This document shows, in pieces, positions 48,881 to 58,653 of a DNA stretch of 64,000 bases. Each line of letters begins with the position of its first letter. Positions within the stretch are counted from its first letter, which is position 1. The position numbers were made by a program, and so were the translations under genes. The notes under the pieces are model-generated. The model worked only from the letters and a program-made list of their open reading frames with translations. It was not told the DNA's origin and ran no database searches. The DNA comes from an uncultured Chloroflexia bacterium (lineage in GTDB: Bacteria > Chloroflexota > Limnocylindria > Limnocylindrales > CSP1-4), in contig CAVVJT010000007.1 in assembly GCA_963748625.1 (NCBI GenBank), positions 1,024,001-1,088,000 of the forward strand, read 5' to 3'.

Positions 48881-50530
48881 TCAGCGCAGCAGCGCGAACC
48901 CGTCCACGCCCACGATCGGGCGGCCCGCGGTCCCGCTGACCACGATGCGCACCGTGTGGGCATCCTTCACCGCCCAGTGGCGTCGGAACACGACCCGCGC
49001 GGGCGCATCGGTCGCCGCGTTGAGATCCACGGTCGCCGCCAGGGCGCCGTCAACGTACACCTTCGCCGCTCCGTGCCCCGGCCCGCGCTCGGCAAGCCAG
49101 GCGATGTCGCGGCCGGTGAAGGTGATGACGGCCCTCGACGCCGCCCCGGATGCCTCGTGGATGCTGCCGCCGCGCGCGGTCGTGTCGGCGGTTGCCGCCC
49201 AGTCACCCGAGTAGCCGATCGCGGCCGACCCGTCCTCCACCACCGCGGGCCGGAACGACGGGCCGATATCCCAGTCGCCCCGGTTGCCGTACTTGTCGAT
49301 CGCCCGGACGCGGAACCGGTAGGCGTGCCCGGGCGCCAGGGAGGTGGCGAAGGTCTTCGTCTTGCGGGCGAGCACCCGTTTCCAGGCGCCCCCGTCGGTC
49401 GAGCGCTCGAGCTGGTACTTCGCGATGCCCCAGCCACGATCGCTGCCGTCCCAGGTGAGCGTCACGGGCACGGTGGAACCGCCGACGGCCGCCGGCGAGA
49501 TACGCGCGACGGGCTTGGTCGTCGTCGGCCGATAGGTGTCCCGCCGGCGGACCGGCGGGTCGTACATCGCGTAGAAGAGCTTCTCACCACCGCGCTGCCA
49601 GGAGACGGTCACGTTGCCGGTCTCCCAAGGCCGGATGGTGAAGCTCGCCCCGCCGTCCTGCGTCCAGTGGTTGAGATCGGGGTCCCTGCCCTGCCAGGCG
49701 TTCCAGGTGCTGGACGAGCCCGCGGACGCGCCGCCGATGAGATGCCGCGTATACGTGATCGCCTCCCCGACGATCGGGGTGTACGTGGACGGGAGCACCT
49801 GCACGATGGGCAGGTTCGACTCCTTGATCAGACGCCCGGTACCGTCCTCGGCCGCGTGGAACCTGACGTAGGCGTCGTACTGGCCGTCGGAGGCGTCCGC
49901 GCCTAGGAAGAGCTCGTACTGGCGGTAGGGCACCCACGGCAGGGTGAACGACCAGATGGGGCAGCTCCCGTTCCGGGCGTTGGCGTCGAAGCCGAGCGCG
50001 CCGAAGGTCTCGTCGTAGTCGTTCGTGTCGAGGGAGAAGTCATTGCCCCAGCGGAACTCGTAGCGGCACACGCTGCCGGCGGGCAGCTGGTAGTCCGCGG
50101 GGAACGTCGGCACGAACGTGAACCGATGGCCCGTGATCGCCGGCTCCGGCGTTCCGAGCGTGAGCTCGGGGCTGATGGCGGCGTGGATGTAGCCCAGGAA
50201 GATGTCGACGTCATCCGCGAGCACCCGCACCGCGACAAGCTTGCGGCCGTACCCCTCACAACCGGGCAGGTCCAGGCTCACGTCGACTCGCGACGCGAAG
50301 GCGTACGGATCGCTCGACGTCGTCCCGTTGTCGCACGAGATCACCACGGTCCGGGTGCCGCCCGGATTGGGGATCGCGTAGAAGATCAGGGTCATCGACC
50401 GGGCGGTGGCGTCCTTGTCGTGGTCCACGGTCGGCGTGGTCGGCAGAGCCGCTCGGGCCGGAGGCGGCGCCGCCCCCAGGAACAGCGCGATGGCCATGGC
50501 CGTGGCCAAGACGAGACGGAGCTGGTGCAC
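48881..50530 (-). CDS. secreted protein with fibronectin type III-like and C-terminal beta-sandwich domains
   Basis: GGAGG plus GTG, signal peptide ending ARA, LTW...YQLERS...YRFRVRAIDKYGN, YSGDW, VYVDG. Confidence 0.8.
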   Translation of the reverse strand: MHQLRLVLATAMAIALFLGAAPPPARAALPTTPTVDHDKDATARSMTLIFYAIPNPGGTRTVVISCDNGTTSSDPYAFASRVDVSLDLPGCEGYGRKLVAVRVLADDVDIFLGYIHAAISPELTLGTPEPAITGHRFTFVPTFPADYQLPAGSVCRYEFRWGNDFSLDTNDYDETFGALGFDANARNGSCPIWSFTLPWVPYRQYELFLGADASDGQYDAYVRFHAAEDGTGRLIKESNLPIVQVLPSTYTPIVGEAITYTRHLIGGASAGSSSTWNAWQGRDPDLNHWTQDGGASFTIRPWETGNVTVSWQRGGEKLFYAMYDPPVRRRDTYRPTTTKPVARISPAAVGGSTVPVTLTWDGSDRGWGIAKYQLERSTDGGAWKRVLARKTKTFATSLAPGHAYRFRVRAIDKYGNRGDWDIGPSFRPAVVEDGSAAIGYSGDWAATADTTARGGSIHEASGAASRAVITFTGRDIAWLAERGPGHGAAKVYVDGALAATVDLNAATDAPARVVFRRHWAVKDAHTVRIVVSGTAGRPIVGVDGFALLR

Positions 50531-50675
50531 GGGTTCCTCCCCCACGTGGCGGGCAGCGCCCGCAGGCTGTCGAGTCTGGACGCCACGGGCCCGGTGCGCC
50601 ACGAGCCGTTGGGCCTGCCGTATCCGGTGCCACCCTCCCGAAGCCGCGCGGGCCCGGGCCCGGCGGGGGCCGGGG

Positions 50676-50719
50676 GGAATCAGGAAGCCCGGCGCAGGAA
50701 TCAGGAAGCCCGGCGCAGG
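50676..50719. repeat. 21-bp tandem duplication
   Basis: GGAATCAGGAAGCCCGGCGCA x2. Confidence 0.9.
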
Positions 50720-50748
50720 CCGGGCTTCGGGTTGGGCGGGACCCGGGG

Positions 50749-51084
50749 CTACTCCCCGACCACGCTCCAGATCAGGCCCATCATCACGAAGAAGCCGCTG
50801 AACATGGCGATCAGGCCGATGCCGCCGTAGGGGGAGTTCGCCCCCTCGTGCGGGACCATCTGCAGCACGGTGCCGAAGAAGATCGCCCAGGCGATGAACA
50901 GGATCGTGAACAGCATCTTGCTGCTGGGGCCGGTCATCCGGCGCGTCCAGCCGTGCCGGCCGCCCTCGGCGACCATCGCGGACCGCAGGAAGGTGTACAC
51001 GAACACTCCAGCCACGAACGCCGCCGCGAGCAGGATGAAGAGGTTGTTCGGGAAGTCCTGGAACCAGACGGTGAAGATCGGCAC
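50749..51084 (-). CDS. hypothetical membrane protein (3 TM)
   Basis: GAGGGA SD plus GTG; three hydrophobic helices. Confidence 0.75.
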   Translation of the reverse strand: MPIFTVWFQDFPNNLFILLAAAFVAGVFVYTFLRSAMVAEGGRHGWTRRMTGPSSKMLFTILFIAWAIFFGTVLQMVPHEGANSPYGGIGLIAMFSGFFVMMGLIWSVVGE

Positions 51085-51303
51085 GGGAGTCCCTCGGGGC
51101 CGGGATGGCGAACGCAAGACACCCGGAAACGCCGGGGCCACAGGATGCTAGCAGACCGTGCAGGGCGCGGAAACCCACAATCCGCCGAACGGTTCTAACA
51201 TGCTACTCAGCAAGCGCACGTTAGCCTGAGGGAACGCGCGCCGCCCCCGGGCAGGAACCCGCCCGAACCATCCGCCGCAGCCCGAGGTCCGAACCCTCCA
51301 CGC

Positions 51304-53571
51304 ATGTCGTTCGATCGTCTGGGCCGCTTCACGGTCCGCCGTCGGTGGTGGATCGTCGGGGCATGGGCCGTCCTCATCCTCCTCGCCCTTCCCCTTGCGC
51401 CCCGTGCGCCGGGGGCGCTGTCCGCGGGCGGCTTCATCCTCGACGACCTCGAGTCCGCCCGGGCCAAGGCGCTCCTGCAGGCAGAGCTGGGCGTGGAGCC
51501 GTCGGCGTTCGTGCTGGTCTACCAGTCGGACAGCCTGACGGCCGGCACCCCGGCCTGGATCGCCGCCGTAAGGGAAGCCACCCAGGACGTCGCCGCGGCC
51601 CCCCACGTCACCCGCGTGCTGAGCCACGTCCTGAGTCCGCGCCAGGTGAGCGCGGACGGGCGCACCGCGTACGACATCGTCTTCCTCGACCTGCCGCCCG
51701 ACGACTCACCCGACGCGATCCCGCCCGTGGCCGCCGCGCTGCGTGAGGTGCCCGGTCTGAAGGTGAGCATCGCCGGCGGCCCCGCCTTCTACGGCGACGT
51801 CCAGAAGGTGACGGAGGACGACTTGCGCCGCAGCGAGATCATCTCGCTCCCGCTCGCGGCCCTGGCCCTGGTCCTCGTGTTCGGCAGCCTCGTGGCGGCC
51901 GGTGTGCCGCTGGCGGTCGGCGGGGCGTCCGTCCTCGTCGCGCTCGCGGGAATCTTCATCGTGGCCAGCCTCATGCCGATGAGCATCTTCGTGCTCAACC
52001 TGGCCACGCTCCTCGGCCTTGGCCTGGGCGTGGACTACTCGCTGCTCATGACCAGCCGATTCCGCGAGGAGCTGGCCCACCGCGAGGGTCCCGACCGCGT
52101 GGCGGAGGCGGTCCGCGTGACCGTCGCGACAGCCGGACGCGCCGTGTTCTTCTCCGGCCTCACCGTCCTGCTCGGCCTCCTGGGCCTGGTCCTCTTCGAG
52201 TTCATGATCCTGCGCTCCGTGGGCATCGCGGGCGCGCTCGTGGTGGGGCTCACCGTGGCCGCGGCGCTCACGTTGCTGCCCGCCATCCTCGCGATCCTGG
52301 GCACCCGCGTGGACGCCTGGTCCGTGCGCAAGGTCACCGTCGAGCCGGGCGCCGACGGCCCCTGGGCGCGGCTCGCCCGGCGGGTGATGCGCCACCCGGT
52401 AGCGGTGCTCGTGCCCACGCTCGCGATCCTCCTCGTCCTTGGCCTCCCGTTCCTGAACGTCCGCTTCAACGCTCCGGACGCCACGATCCTGCCGGCCGAC
52501 GTCCCGTCCCGCGAGGCGTACGACACGCTCGCCCGCGAGTTCGGTGAGGGCGAGTTCGCCCCGATGGTGCTGGCGATCCGCACGCAGGGGGACGTCACCG
52601 ACCCGGCGAACCTGGCGAAGCTCCACGACTACTCGCGTCGCCTGGCGGCCGACCCGCGCATCAGCCGCGTCAGCAGCCTCGTGGACATCGACGAGCGTCT
52701 CACCCTCGAGCAGTACCAGCTGCTGTACGGCGCGCAGTCAGGACCCCCGGACCGCTTCGTGGCCGCAACACTTGGCCAGCTGGCCAAGGACGACCTGACG
52801 GCCTTCACCATCACCACGCCGTACGGCCCCAACAACGATGCGGCGCGCGCCCTCGTGCGCGAGATGCGCGATCCGGCGAGTCCGCTCGCGCCACCCGCAG
52901 GCATGGAGGTCCTGGTGGGCGGCGGCGCTGCCGACGTGGACGACGTGGTGAGCCGCGTCTGGTCCGACTTCCCGCGCACGGCGGCCTTCATCGTGATCAC
53001 CACGTTCATCGTGCTGTTCGTGCTGCTGCGCTCCGTCGTGCTGCCGGTCAAGGCGCTGGTGATGAACACCCTCTCGATCGTGGCCAGCTTCGGCGCGCTC
53101 GTCTGGATCTTCCAGGAGGGGAACCTCTCGGCCCTGCTCGACTTCCAACCACTCGGGTTCGTCGAGACCACGCAGCCGGTGATCCTGTTCTGCGTCCTCT
53201 TCGGCCTGTCCATGGACTACGAGGTCTTCCTGCTCTCACGCATGAAGGAGGCCTGGGACAAGACGGGCGACAACACCGAGGCGGTGGCGCGCGGCCTCGA
53301 GCGGTCGGGCCGGATCGTGAGCTCCGCCGCGCTCATCGTCGTCGTCGTGGCCGGGTCCTTCGCCTTTGCCGACATCGTGCTCATCAAGGCCCTGGGGCTG
53401 GGCGTGGCGATCGCCGTCGCCCTGGACGCCACCATCGTGCGCGCGCTCCTGGTGCCGGCCACCATGCGCCTGCTCGGGAAGTGGAACTGGTGGGTGCCGC
53501 GCCGCCTGGACCGGGCGCTGGCGGGCGTCCTGCCCAAGACTGAGGCGGAAGTGGAGGCCGCGGTCAGATGA
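51304..53571 (+). CDS. MMPL-family (RND) transporter
   Basis: GLGVDYSL..SRFREEL, TAGRAVFFSG, GLSMDYEVFL, LDATIVR..LVPA, GKWNWW. Confidence 0.95.
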   Translation: MSFDRLGRFTVRRRWWIVGAWAVLILLALPLAPRAPGALSAGGFILDDLESARAKALLQAELGVEPSAFVLVYQSDSLTAGTPAWIAAVREATQDVAAAPHVTRVLSHVLSPRQVSADGRTAYDIVFLDLPPDDSPDAIPPVAAALREVPGLKVSIAGGPAFYGDVQKVTEDDLRRSEIISLPLAALALVLVFGSLVAAGVPLAVGGASVLVALAGIFIVASLMPMSIFVLNLATLLGLGLGVDYSLLMTSRFREELAHREGPDRVAEAVRVTVATAGRAVFFSGLTVLLGLLGLVLFEFMILRSVGIAGALVVGLTVAAALTLLPAILAILGTRVDAWSVRKVTVEPGADGPWARLARRVMRHPVAVLVPTLAILLVLGLPFLNVRFNAPDATILPADVPSREAYDTLAREFGEGEFAPMVLAIRTQGDVTDPANLAKLHDYSRRLAADPRISRVSSLVDIDERLTLEQYQLLYGAQSGPPDRFVAATLGQLAKDDLTAFTITTPYGPNNDAARALVREMRDPASPLAPPAGMEVLVGGGAADVDDVVSRVWSDFPRTAAFIVITTFIVLFVLLRSVVLPVKALVMNTLSIVASFGALVWIFQEGNLSALLDFQPLGFVETTQPVILFCVLFGLSMDYEVFLLSRMKEAWDKTGDNTEAVARGLERSGRIVSSAALIVVVVAGSFAFADIVLIKALGLGVAIAVALDATIVRALLVPATMRLLGKWNWWVPRRLDRALAGVLPKTEAEVEAAVR

Positions 53572-54839
53572 GCGGTCGTCTACTTGCACTCGCGCTCCTG
53601 GCCGCCACCGTCGTCGGCGCCTGCAGCGGACCGGTCCTCGCCAACCCGCCGGCGGCCCGGCCCGCGCCCACGGCCGCCCCCGAGCCCACCCCGCGGCCCG
53701 CCGACCCGCAACCCGTGGTCCTCCCACGCGACGACGCCCCGCACGACCGCCTCACCGAGTGGTGGTACTACACGGGACACCTCGTCTCCGACGACGGCGC
53801 CCGTTTCGGCTTCGAGTACGTGGTGTTCCGGGCCGAGCGCGGCAGCTTCCCCGTCACGTGGGCCAGCCACCTCGCCGTCACCGACGAGGACGGCGATCGC
53901 TTCCACTACGCCCAGCGCGCCGAGATCGGCCCGCAGGTGGACCGCTCGCCCGCCGGTCCGGGCGCCGCCGGCACCGGTGGCAGCTCCGGGGACGGCCCCG
54001 CGTTCGACTTCGCCATCAGCGGCTTCGACCCCGCTGATCCCCTGCGTCCACCGGGTGACCCGTGGACGATGGCCGGCGTCGGCGGGCAGGACGCCCTGCG
54101 CGCGCTGGCATCCGGGGCGGACGTCCTGGGCGACCCCCTCGCGACGCTGGGTCTCGACCTGCGCCTCGACGCCGTCAAGCCCGCCGTCCTCCATGACCAG
54201 GACGGCTGGATCGACTTCGGGGCGGCCGGGGGCTCGTACTACTACTCGCGGACGGCGATGGACGCCGTTGGCACCGTGACCCTGGGCGACCGCGAGTTCG
54301 CGGTGACGGGCGACGCCTGGTTCGACCACCAGTGGGGCGACTTCATCTCCGTCGGCGCAGGCGGCTGGGACTGGTTCGCCATCAACCTCGAGGACGGCAC
54401 GGACGTGACGCTCTCCCTGGTACGCGCAGCCGACGGGTCCTACCCGCTGGTGTACGGGACGGCGGTGGATGCGGCGGGAGCGACGACGCACCTGGGCGCG
54501 GGCGACTTCGACGTCGCGATTCTCGACGAGTGGACCAGCCCGGCGACCGGCGCGACCTACCCGTCCGGCTGGCGGGTGGAGATCCCGTCCCTGGGCCTGG
54601 ACCTCGACGTCATGCCCACCGTCCTGGACCAGGAGCTCGACACGCGTGCCACCACCGGCGTCGTGTACTGGGAGGGCTCGCAAGCGGTGACGGGGACGCG
54701 AGATGGTCAGCCGCTGACGGGGCGCGGGTACGTGGAGCTGACGGGATACGCCCCGGCGACGGGATACGCTCCGGCGACGGGATACGCTCCGGCGACGGGA
54801 TACGCTCCGGCGACGGGATACGCCCCGGCGACCCGCTGA
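53568..54839 (+). CDS. AttH/CrtC-like lipocalin-fold lipoprotein
   Basis: Lipobox VGAC, EWWYYTG, SYYYS, WFDHQWG, GWDWF, YWEG, GYVELTGY. Confidence 0.9.
   Translation: MSGRLLALALLAATVVGACSGPVLANPPAARPAPTAAPEPTPRPADPQPVVLPRDDAPHDRLTEWWYYTGHLVSDDGARFGFEYVVFRAERGSFPVTWASHLAVTDEDGDRFHYAQRAEIGPQVDRSPAGPGAAGTGGSSGDGPAFDFAISGFDPADPLRPPGDPWTMAGVGGQDALRALASGADVLGDPLATLGLDLRLDAVKPAVLHDQDGWIDFGAAGGSYYYSRTAMDAVGTVTLGDREFAVTGDAWFDHQWGDFISVGAGGWDWFAINLEDGTDVTLSLVRAADGSYPLVYGTAVDAAGATTHLGAGDFDVAILDEWTSPATGATYPSGWRVEIPSLGLDLDVMPTVLDQELDTRATTGVVYWEGSQAVTGTRDGQPLTGRGYVELTGYAPATGYAPATGYAPATGYAPATGYAPATR
54740..54832 (+). repeat. 18-bp tandem repeat x5 encoding (TGYAPA)5
   Basis: GACGGGATACGC(C/T)CCGGC five times. 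Confidence 0.95.
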
Positions 54840-54858
54840 CGCGAGCTGCTCGATCCTC

Positions 54859-55338
54859 TCAGCCGGACTCGGGCTGCACGGAGCTGCGCCGCAGGGCGAG
54901 TCCTGCGACCACCAGGGCCACGACAACCGTGACCGCGTAGCCCACGCACCAGGCGCAGATCGCCTCGATCACGAACAGCTCCAGGAACGTGAGATACGCG
55001 ACGAAGCCCGTGCCGAGCAGGAGCAGCAGGTAGGCGACCAGCAGCGCCCGGCGGTCCGTCCGCAGCCACCAGACCACCGCAAGCGCCACCAGCAGCACGG
55101 AGCCGGCGAGGCCGTACACGGCAACAGGAATCCCGAGGATCTCGGCGTACTCCGACGCGGCCACGAGATCGCAGCCGTGGGAAGGACCGCAGACGGCGTT
55201 CGTACCGAGCAGGCGCACGGCCGTCAGGTAGCCGGCGATCGCGGCCCCCGCCAGCGTGACAAGCACCAGGAGCAGGCCGAGCGGACCCCTGTGGACCCGC
55301 CCGATCGGTGCGCGAGCGGCGACGGGGTCCGCCGTCAG
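54859..55338 (-). CDS. vitamin K epoxide reductase (VKOR) family protein, possible CTG start
   Basis: CGPSHGC loop cysteines, S.YA..LGIPV..G, CAWC active site. Confidence 0.9.
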   Translation of the reverse strand: MTADPVAARAPIGRVHRGPLGLLLVLVTLAGAAIAGYLTAVRLLGTNAVCGPSHGCDLVAASEYAEILGIPVAVYGLAGSVLLVALAVVWWLRTDRRALLVAYLLLLLGTGFVAYLTFLELFVIEAICAWCVGYAVTVVVALVVAGLALRRSSVQPESG

Positions 55339-56159
55339 GGCTGGGTGCTCGCCGGCGCGCTGCTCTCGGCCAGCGCGGCGTCGATCAGCGCGGACCACTC
55401 CGCCGCGGACTTGAGCCCGACGTACTGCGTGCCGTTGAGATAGATGGTGGGCGTCGAGTTGATGCCCAGCTGGGTCATGGCGACATCCGTGATGGCGTTC
55501 ACGGAGTCGAGGGCCGGCTGGCCGTCGATGCAGCTCGTGAGCGCCGCCTCGTCAAGGCCCGCGGCGACACCGATCTGGATCACGCGCTCCTTGCGGAAGC
55601 CGCCGGTGTTCTCGCCGTCCTGGTTGTTGAAGACCCAGTGGCTGTAGTCGTAGTACTTGCCCTGTTCGTTGGCGCAGAACGCGCCGAGGGCCGGCGTGAG
55701 GGACTCGTCGCCACCGCGGCCGAGCAGGTTGATGTCGTGGCTCAGCACCTGCATCTGGCCCGTGGCCACGTACTTGTTGACGAGCGAGGGCAGCACGTCG
55801 AGCGCGTTCCTGGCGCACACCGGGCACTGGTAGTCGCCGTACACCTCCATGACCACGGGCGCGCCGTCCTGGCCGAGCGTGGTGCCGCTCACCAGCTCTG
55901 CGGGGTAGCTGAAGCCCGGATCCTTGAGCGTGCCCGTCACCTTGCCGCCCAGCTGGTTGACGGCGACGAAGCCGACGATGAGCACGCCCACCACCACGCC
56001 CACGATGGTCATGGTCCTGGTGTTGATCCAGGACGAGCCGCCGCCGGAGCCCGACTGGCCCGACTTGCGCGCCGCGCGGTCGGCCTCGAACCGGTTCTGG
56101 CGCTCGGCGGCGCGGCGCTCTCTGCGGGTCGTCGTGGGAGTGTTCTTGCTGGCGCTCAG
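55335..56159 (-). CDS. membrane-anchored DsbA-family thiol-disulfide oxidoreductase, probable CTG start
   Basis: TM anchor, DYQCPVC, GINSTPT cis-Pro loop. GGAGG lies 6 nt before an in-frame CTG at 56159. Confidence 0.9.
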   Translation of the reverse strand: MSASKNTPTTTRRERRAAERQNRFEADRAARKSGQSGSGGGSSWINTRTMTIVGVVVGVLIVGFVAVNQLGGKVTGTLKDPGFSYPAELVSGTTLGQDGAPVVMEVYGDYQCPVCARNALDVLPSLVNKYVATGQMQVLSHDINLLGRGGDESLTPALGAFCANEQGKYYDYSHWVFNNQDGENTGGFRKERVIQIGVAAGLDEAALTSCIDGQPALDSVNAITDVAMTQLGINSTPTIYLNGTQYVGLKSAAEWSALIDAALAESSAPASTQP

Positions 56160-56310
56160 GGGAGGCCTCCGGATGGTGGTGCCACGAATGGGCGGGTTGG
56201 TGGCGTTCAGCGTGACGGCAGAGCCGAAGGCGACATTGTGCGGCAAACCCGCCGGTCAGGCCGCGAGGCATGTATTCAAGCCCTCTACGACGTGCATTCA
56301 GGCCTTCTAC

Positions 56311-56327
56311 ATGATACCGTGTCTCAT
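56311..56327 (+). promoter_or_regulatory. Fur/Zur-type box overlapping an extended -10
   Basis: ATGATAC-CGT-GTCTCAT (6/7 dyad) contains TGnTACCGT and abuts ATG 56328. Confidence 0.65.
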
Positions 56328-57272
56328 ATGGAACCCATCGAGCCATCCCCATCCGGATCATCGGGCAGCGCGGCCGGAGCGCACCCGTCCGCTGCCCCCG
56401 TCGCCGGAGCCCACGATCATGGGCACAGCCACGACAGCCCGCTCGATGCCGCGCACGCCCTCGCGCACGCGGATGTCTGGCTGAGCGACGTCTCGGCGGG
56501 GTACGGCGACCGTGTCGCCCTGGAGCACGTGTCGATCGCCGTCGAGCCCGGCAGCCTGCTCGCGGTGGTGGGACCCAACGGGGCCGGCAAGAGCACCCTG
56601 CTCAAACTCATGGCCGGGCTCGTGACGCCGTGGACGGGACGGATCCAGATCCTGGGAGCCCCCGCGGGCCGCGAGGCCCGGCGGGTTGCCTACGTCCCCC
56701 AGGCGGAGCTCGTGGACTGGCAGTTCCCGGTGACCGTCGAGGACGTCGTGATGATGGGCCGGTTCCCGCGCCTCGGGCCGGTCCGCCGTCCCGGTCGCGA
56801 CGACCGCCGCGCTGTCGTGGATGCGCTCGAGATGGTCGGCATGGCCCACCACCTGCGCACCCAGATCGGGCGCCTCTCGGGTGGCCAGCGCCGGCGGGTC
56901 TTCCTCGCCAGGGCGCTCGCGGCTGAGCCCGACCTGTTCCTCCTCGACGAGCCGGTCACCGGCATCGATCCCACCACCCAGGAGCTCCTCATGGACATCC
57001 TGGAGGGGCAGGCCGCGCGGGGCAAGACCGTCGTTGCCACCACGCATGACCTCGCCTGTGCCGCGGGCCGCTTCCAGCAGGTGCTCGCGGTGAACCGCAC
57101 CGTGGTTGCCTACGGCCCGTCGAACATCGTGCTCGACGCGAACGTCCTCGCGGCGGCCTACGGTGGGCACCTGCTCATGCTGGAGGGCCAGACCGTCCTG
57201 CTCGACGACGCGCACCACCACGACGATGCCGCGCCCGGCGAGCGGCACTTCCACGAGCAGGGCCAGAAGTGA
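56328..57272 (+). CDS. metal (Zn/Mn/Fe) ABC transporter ATP-binding protein
   Basis: GPNGAGKST, YVPQ, LSGGQRRR, LLDEP; His-rich termini. Confidence 0.93.
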   Translation: MEPIEPSPSGSSGSAAGAHPSAAPVAGAHDHGHSHDSPLDAAHALAHADVWLSDVSAGYGDRVALEHVSIAVEPGSLLAVVGPNGAGKSTLLKLMAGLVTPWTGRIQILGAPAGREARRVAYVPQAELVDWQFPVTVEDVVMMGRFPRLGPVRRPGRDDRRAVVDALEMVGMAHHLRTQIGRLSGGQRRRVFLARALAAEPDLFLLDEPVTGIDPTTQELLMDILEGQAARGKTVVATTHDLACAAGRFQQVLAVNRTVVAYGPSNIVLDANVLAAAYGGHLLMLEGQTVLLDDAHHHDDAAPGERHFHEQGQK

Positions 57273-58177
57273 TGGACATCCTGCTGGAACCTCTTGCCTC
57301 GCCGATCATGCAGCGAGCGCTGCTGGCATCGGCCATGGTCGGCATCGTGTGCGCCATCGTCGGCACCTACGTGGTCCTGCGCGGGATCGCCTTCATCGGC
57401 GACGCCATCGCGCACGCGGGCTTCCCGGGTGTGGTCGTGGCCTACATGCTCGGCTTCCCCTACTACATCGGGGCGGCAGTGGCCGCGGTCCTCACCGCCC
57501 TCGCGATCGGGGTGGTCACCAAGCGTGGCGGCATCCGCCAGGACACCGCCATCGGCGTGCTCTTCGCAGGCACGTTCGCGCTCGGCGTCTTCCTGTTCAG
57601 CGCCATCGACGGCTACGTCGCCGACCTGTTCAGCTTCCTCTTCGGCAATGTCCTCGCCATCGGCACGGCGGACCTCGTGGCCCTGCTGGTCCTGGGATCC
57701 GGCGTCATCGTGGTGATCGGGATCCTCTGGAAAGAGCTGCTCTACGCCACGTTCGATCCGCTGGGGGCCGCCGCCTCCGGCATCAACGTGGACCGCCTCG
57801 AGTACCTGTTCCTCGCCCTGGTCGCCGTGACCATCGTGGTGAGCCTCCAGGCCGTGGGCATCATCCTGGTGGTGGCGATGCTGATCACGCCGGCGGCCAC
57901 CGCCCAGCTGCTCACCGTGCGCTTCGTCCGGACCATGCTCGTGGCTGCCGTCGTGGGCATCACCAGCTCGATCATCGGCCTGTATGCGTCGTACTGGCTG
58001 GACGTCGCCAGCGGTGCCACGATCGTCCTGGTCCAGACCTCGATGTTCGTCCTTGCGCTCCTGTTCGGGCCCCGCGGGCTCCTCGCGCGGCGGGGCGGGC
58101 ATGGCGTCGCGAACCGGTCGGAGCGGGAGGCCCTTGAGGCCTTGGAGGCCGCGGAAGGCGCGGAAGGCGCGGCATGA
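57272..58177 (+). CDS. metal ABC transporter permease (ZnuB/MntC class)
   Basis: [34 protein letters not shown]. Confidence 0.93.
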   Translation: MDILLEPLASPIMQRALLASAMVGIVCAIVGTYVVLRGIAFIGDAIAHAGFPGVVVAYMLGFPYYIGAAVAAVLTALAIGVVTKRGGIRQDTAIGVLFAGTFALGVFLFSAIDGYVADLFSFLFGNVLAIGTADLVALLVLGSGVIVVIGILWKELLYATFDPLGAAASGINVDRLEYLFLALVAVTIVVSLQAVGIILVVAMLITPAATAQLLTVRFVRTMLVAAVVGITSSIIGLYASYWLDVASGATIVLVQTSMFVLALLFGPRGLLARRGGHGVANRSEREALEALEAAEGAEGAA

Positions 58178-58653
58178 GCCCGACGCACCACCACGTGCGC
58201 CAAGCCACCGAGCACGCGGGCGACCACATGCTCGATGCGCTCGGCCGGGCGGGCGAGCGGGTCACCGAACCGCGCCGCGCCGTGGCACAGCTGGTCGCCG
58301 CGCATGACGGCCACTTCACCGCGGCCGACCTGGTCGAGGAAGCGCGAGACGCGTACCCGCGGCTGGGCAGGGCGACGGTCTTCCGGGCCCTCGACCTGTT
58401 CGCTGGTCTCGGGCTCGTCGAGCGGATCGACATGCCCGATGGCGGCCACGCCTACGTGGCCTGCGACACCACCCATCACCACCACCTGATCTGCACGTCG
58501 TGCGGACGGGCGCTCGACGTGGACGACCCGGGCCTGGCCGAGGTGCTCGAACGCATCGGCGCACGCGCGGACTTCGCCGTCACGGCGCATCGGCTTGAGC
58601 TGTTCGGCGTCTGTGCCCCCTGCAGGGTGAGCGCCTCCAGGGAGCGAACATGA
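58174..58653 (+). CDS. Fur-family transcriptional regulator (Zur-like)
   Basis: T.PR..V, ATVFRAL, HHHHLICTSCG, GVCAPC. Confidence 0.93.
   Translation: MSPTHHHVRQATEHAGDHMLDALGRAGERVTEPRRAVAQLVAAHDGHFTAADLVEEARDAYPRLGRATVFRALDLFAGLGLVERIDMPDGGHAYVACDTTHHHHLICTSCGRALDVDDPGLAEVLERIGARADFAVTAHRLELFGVCAPCRVSASRERT

Noticed and set aside
48881-51178. 765-aa version of the FN3 protein
   Set aside because: SD, GTG and signal peptide at 50530 define the start; the upstream extension overlaps a separate membrane-protein gene.
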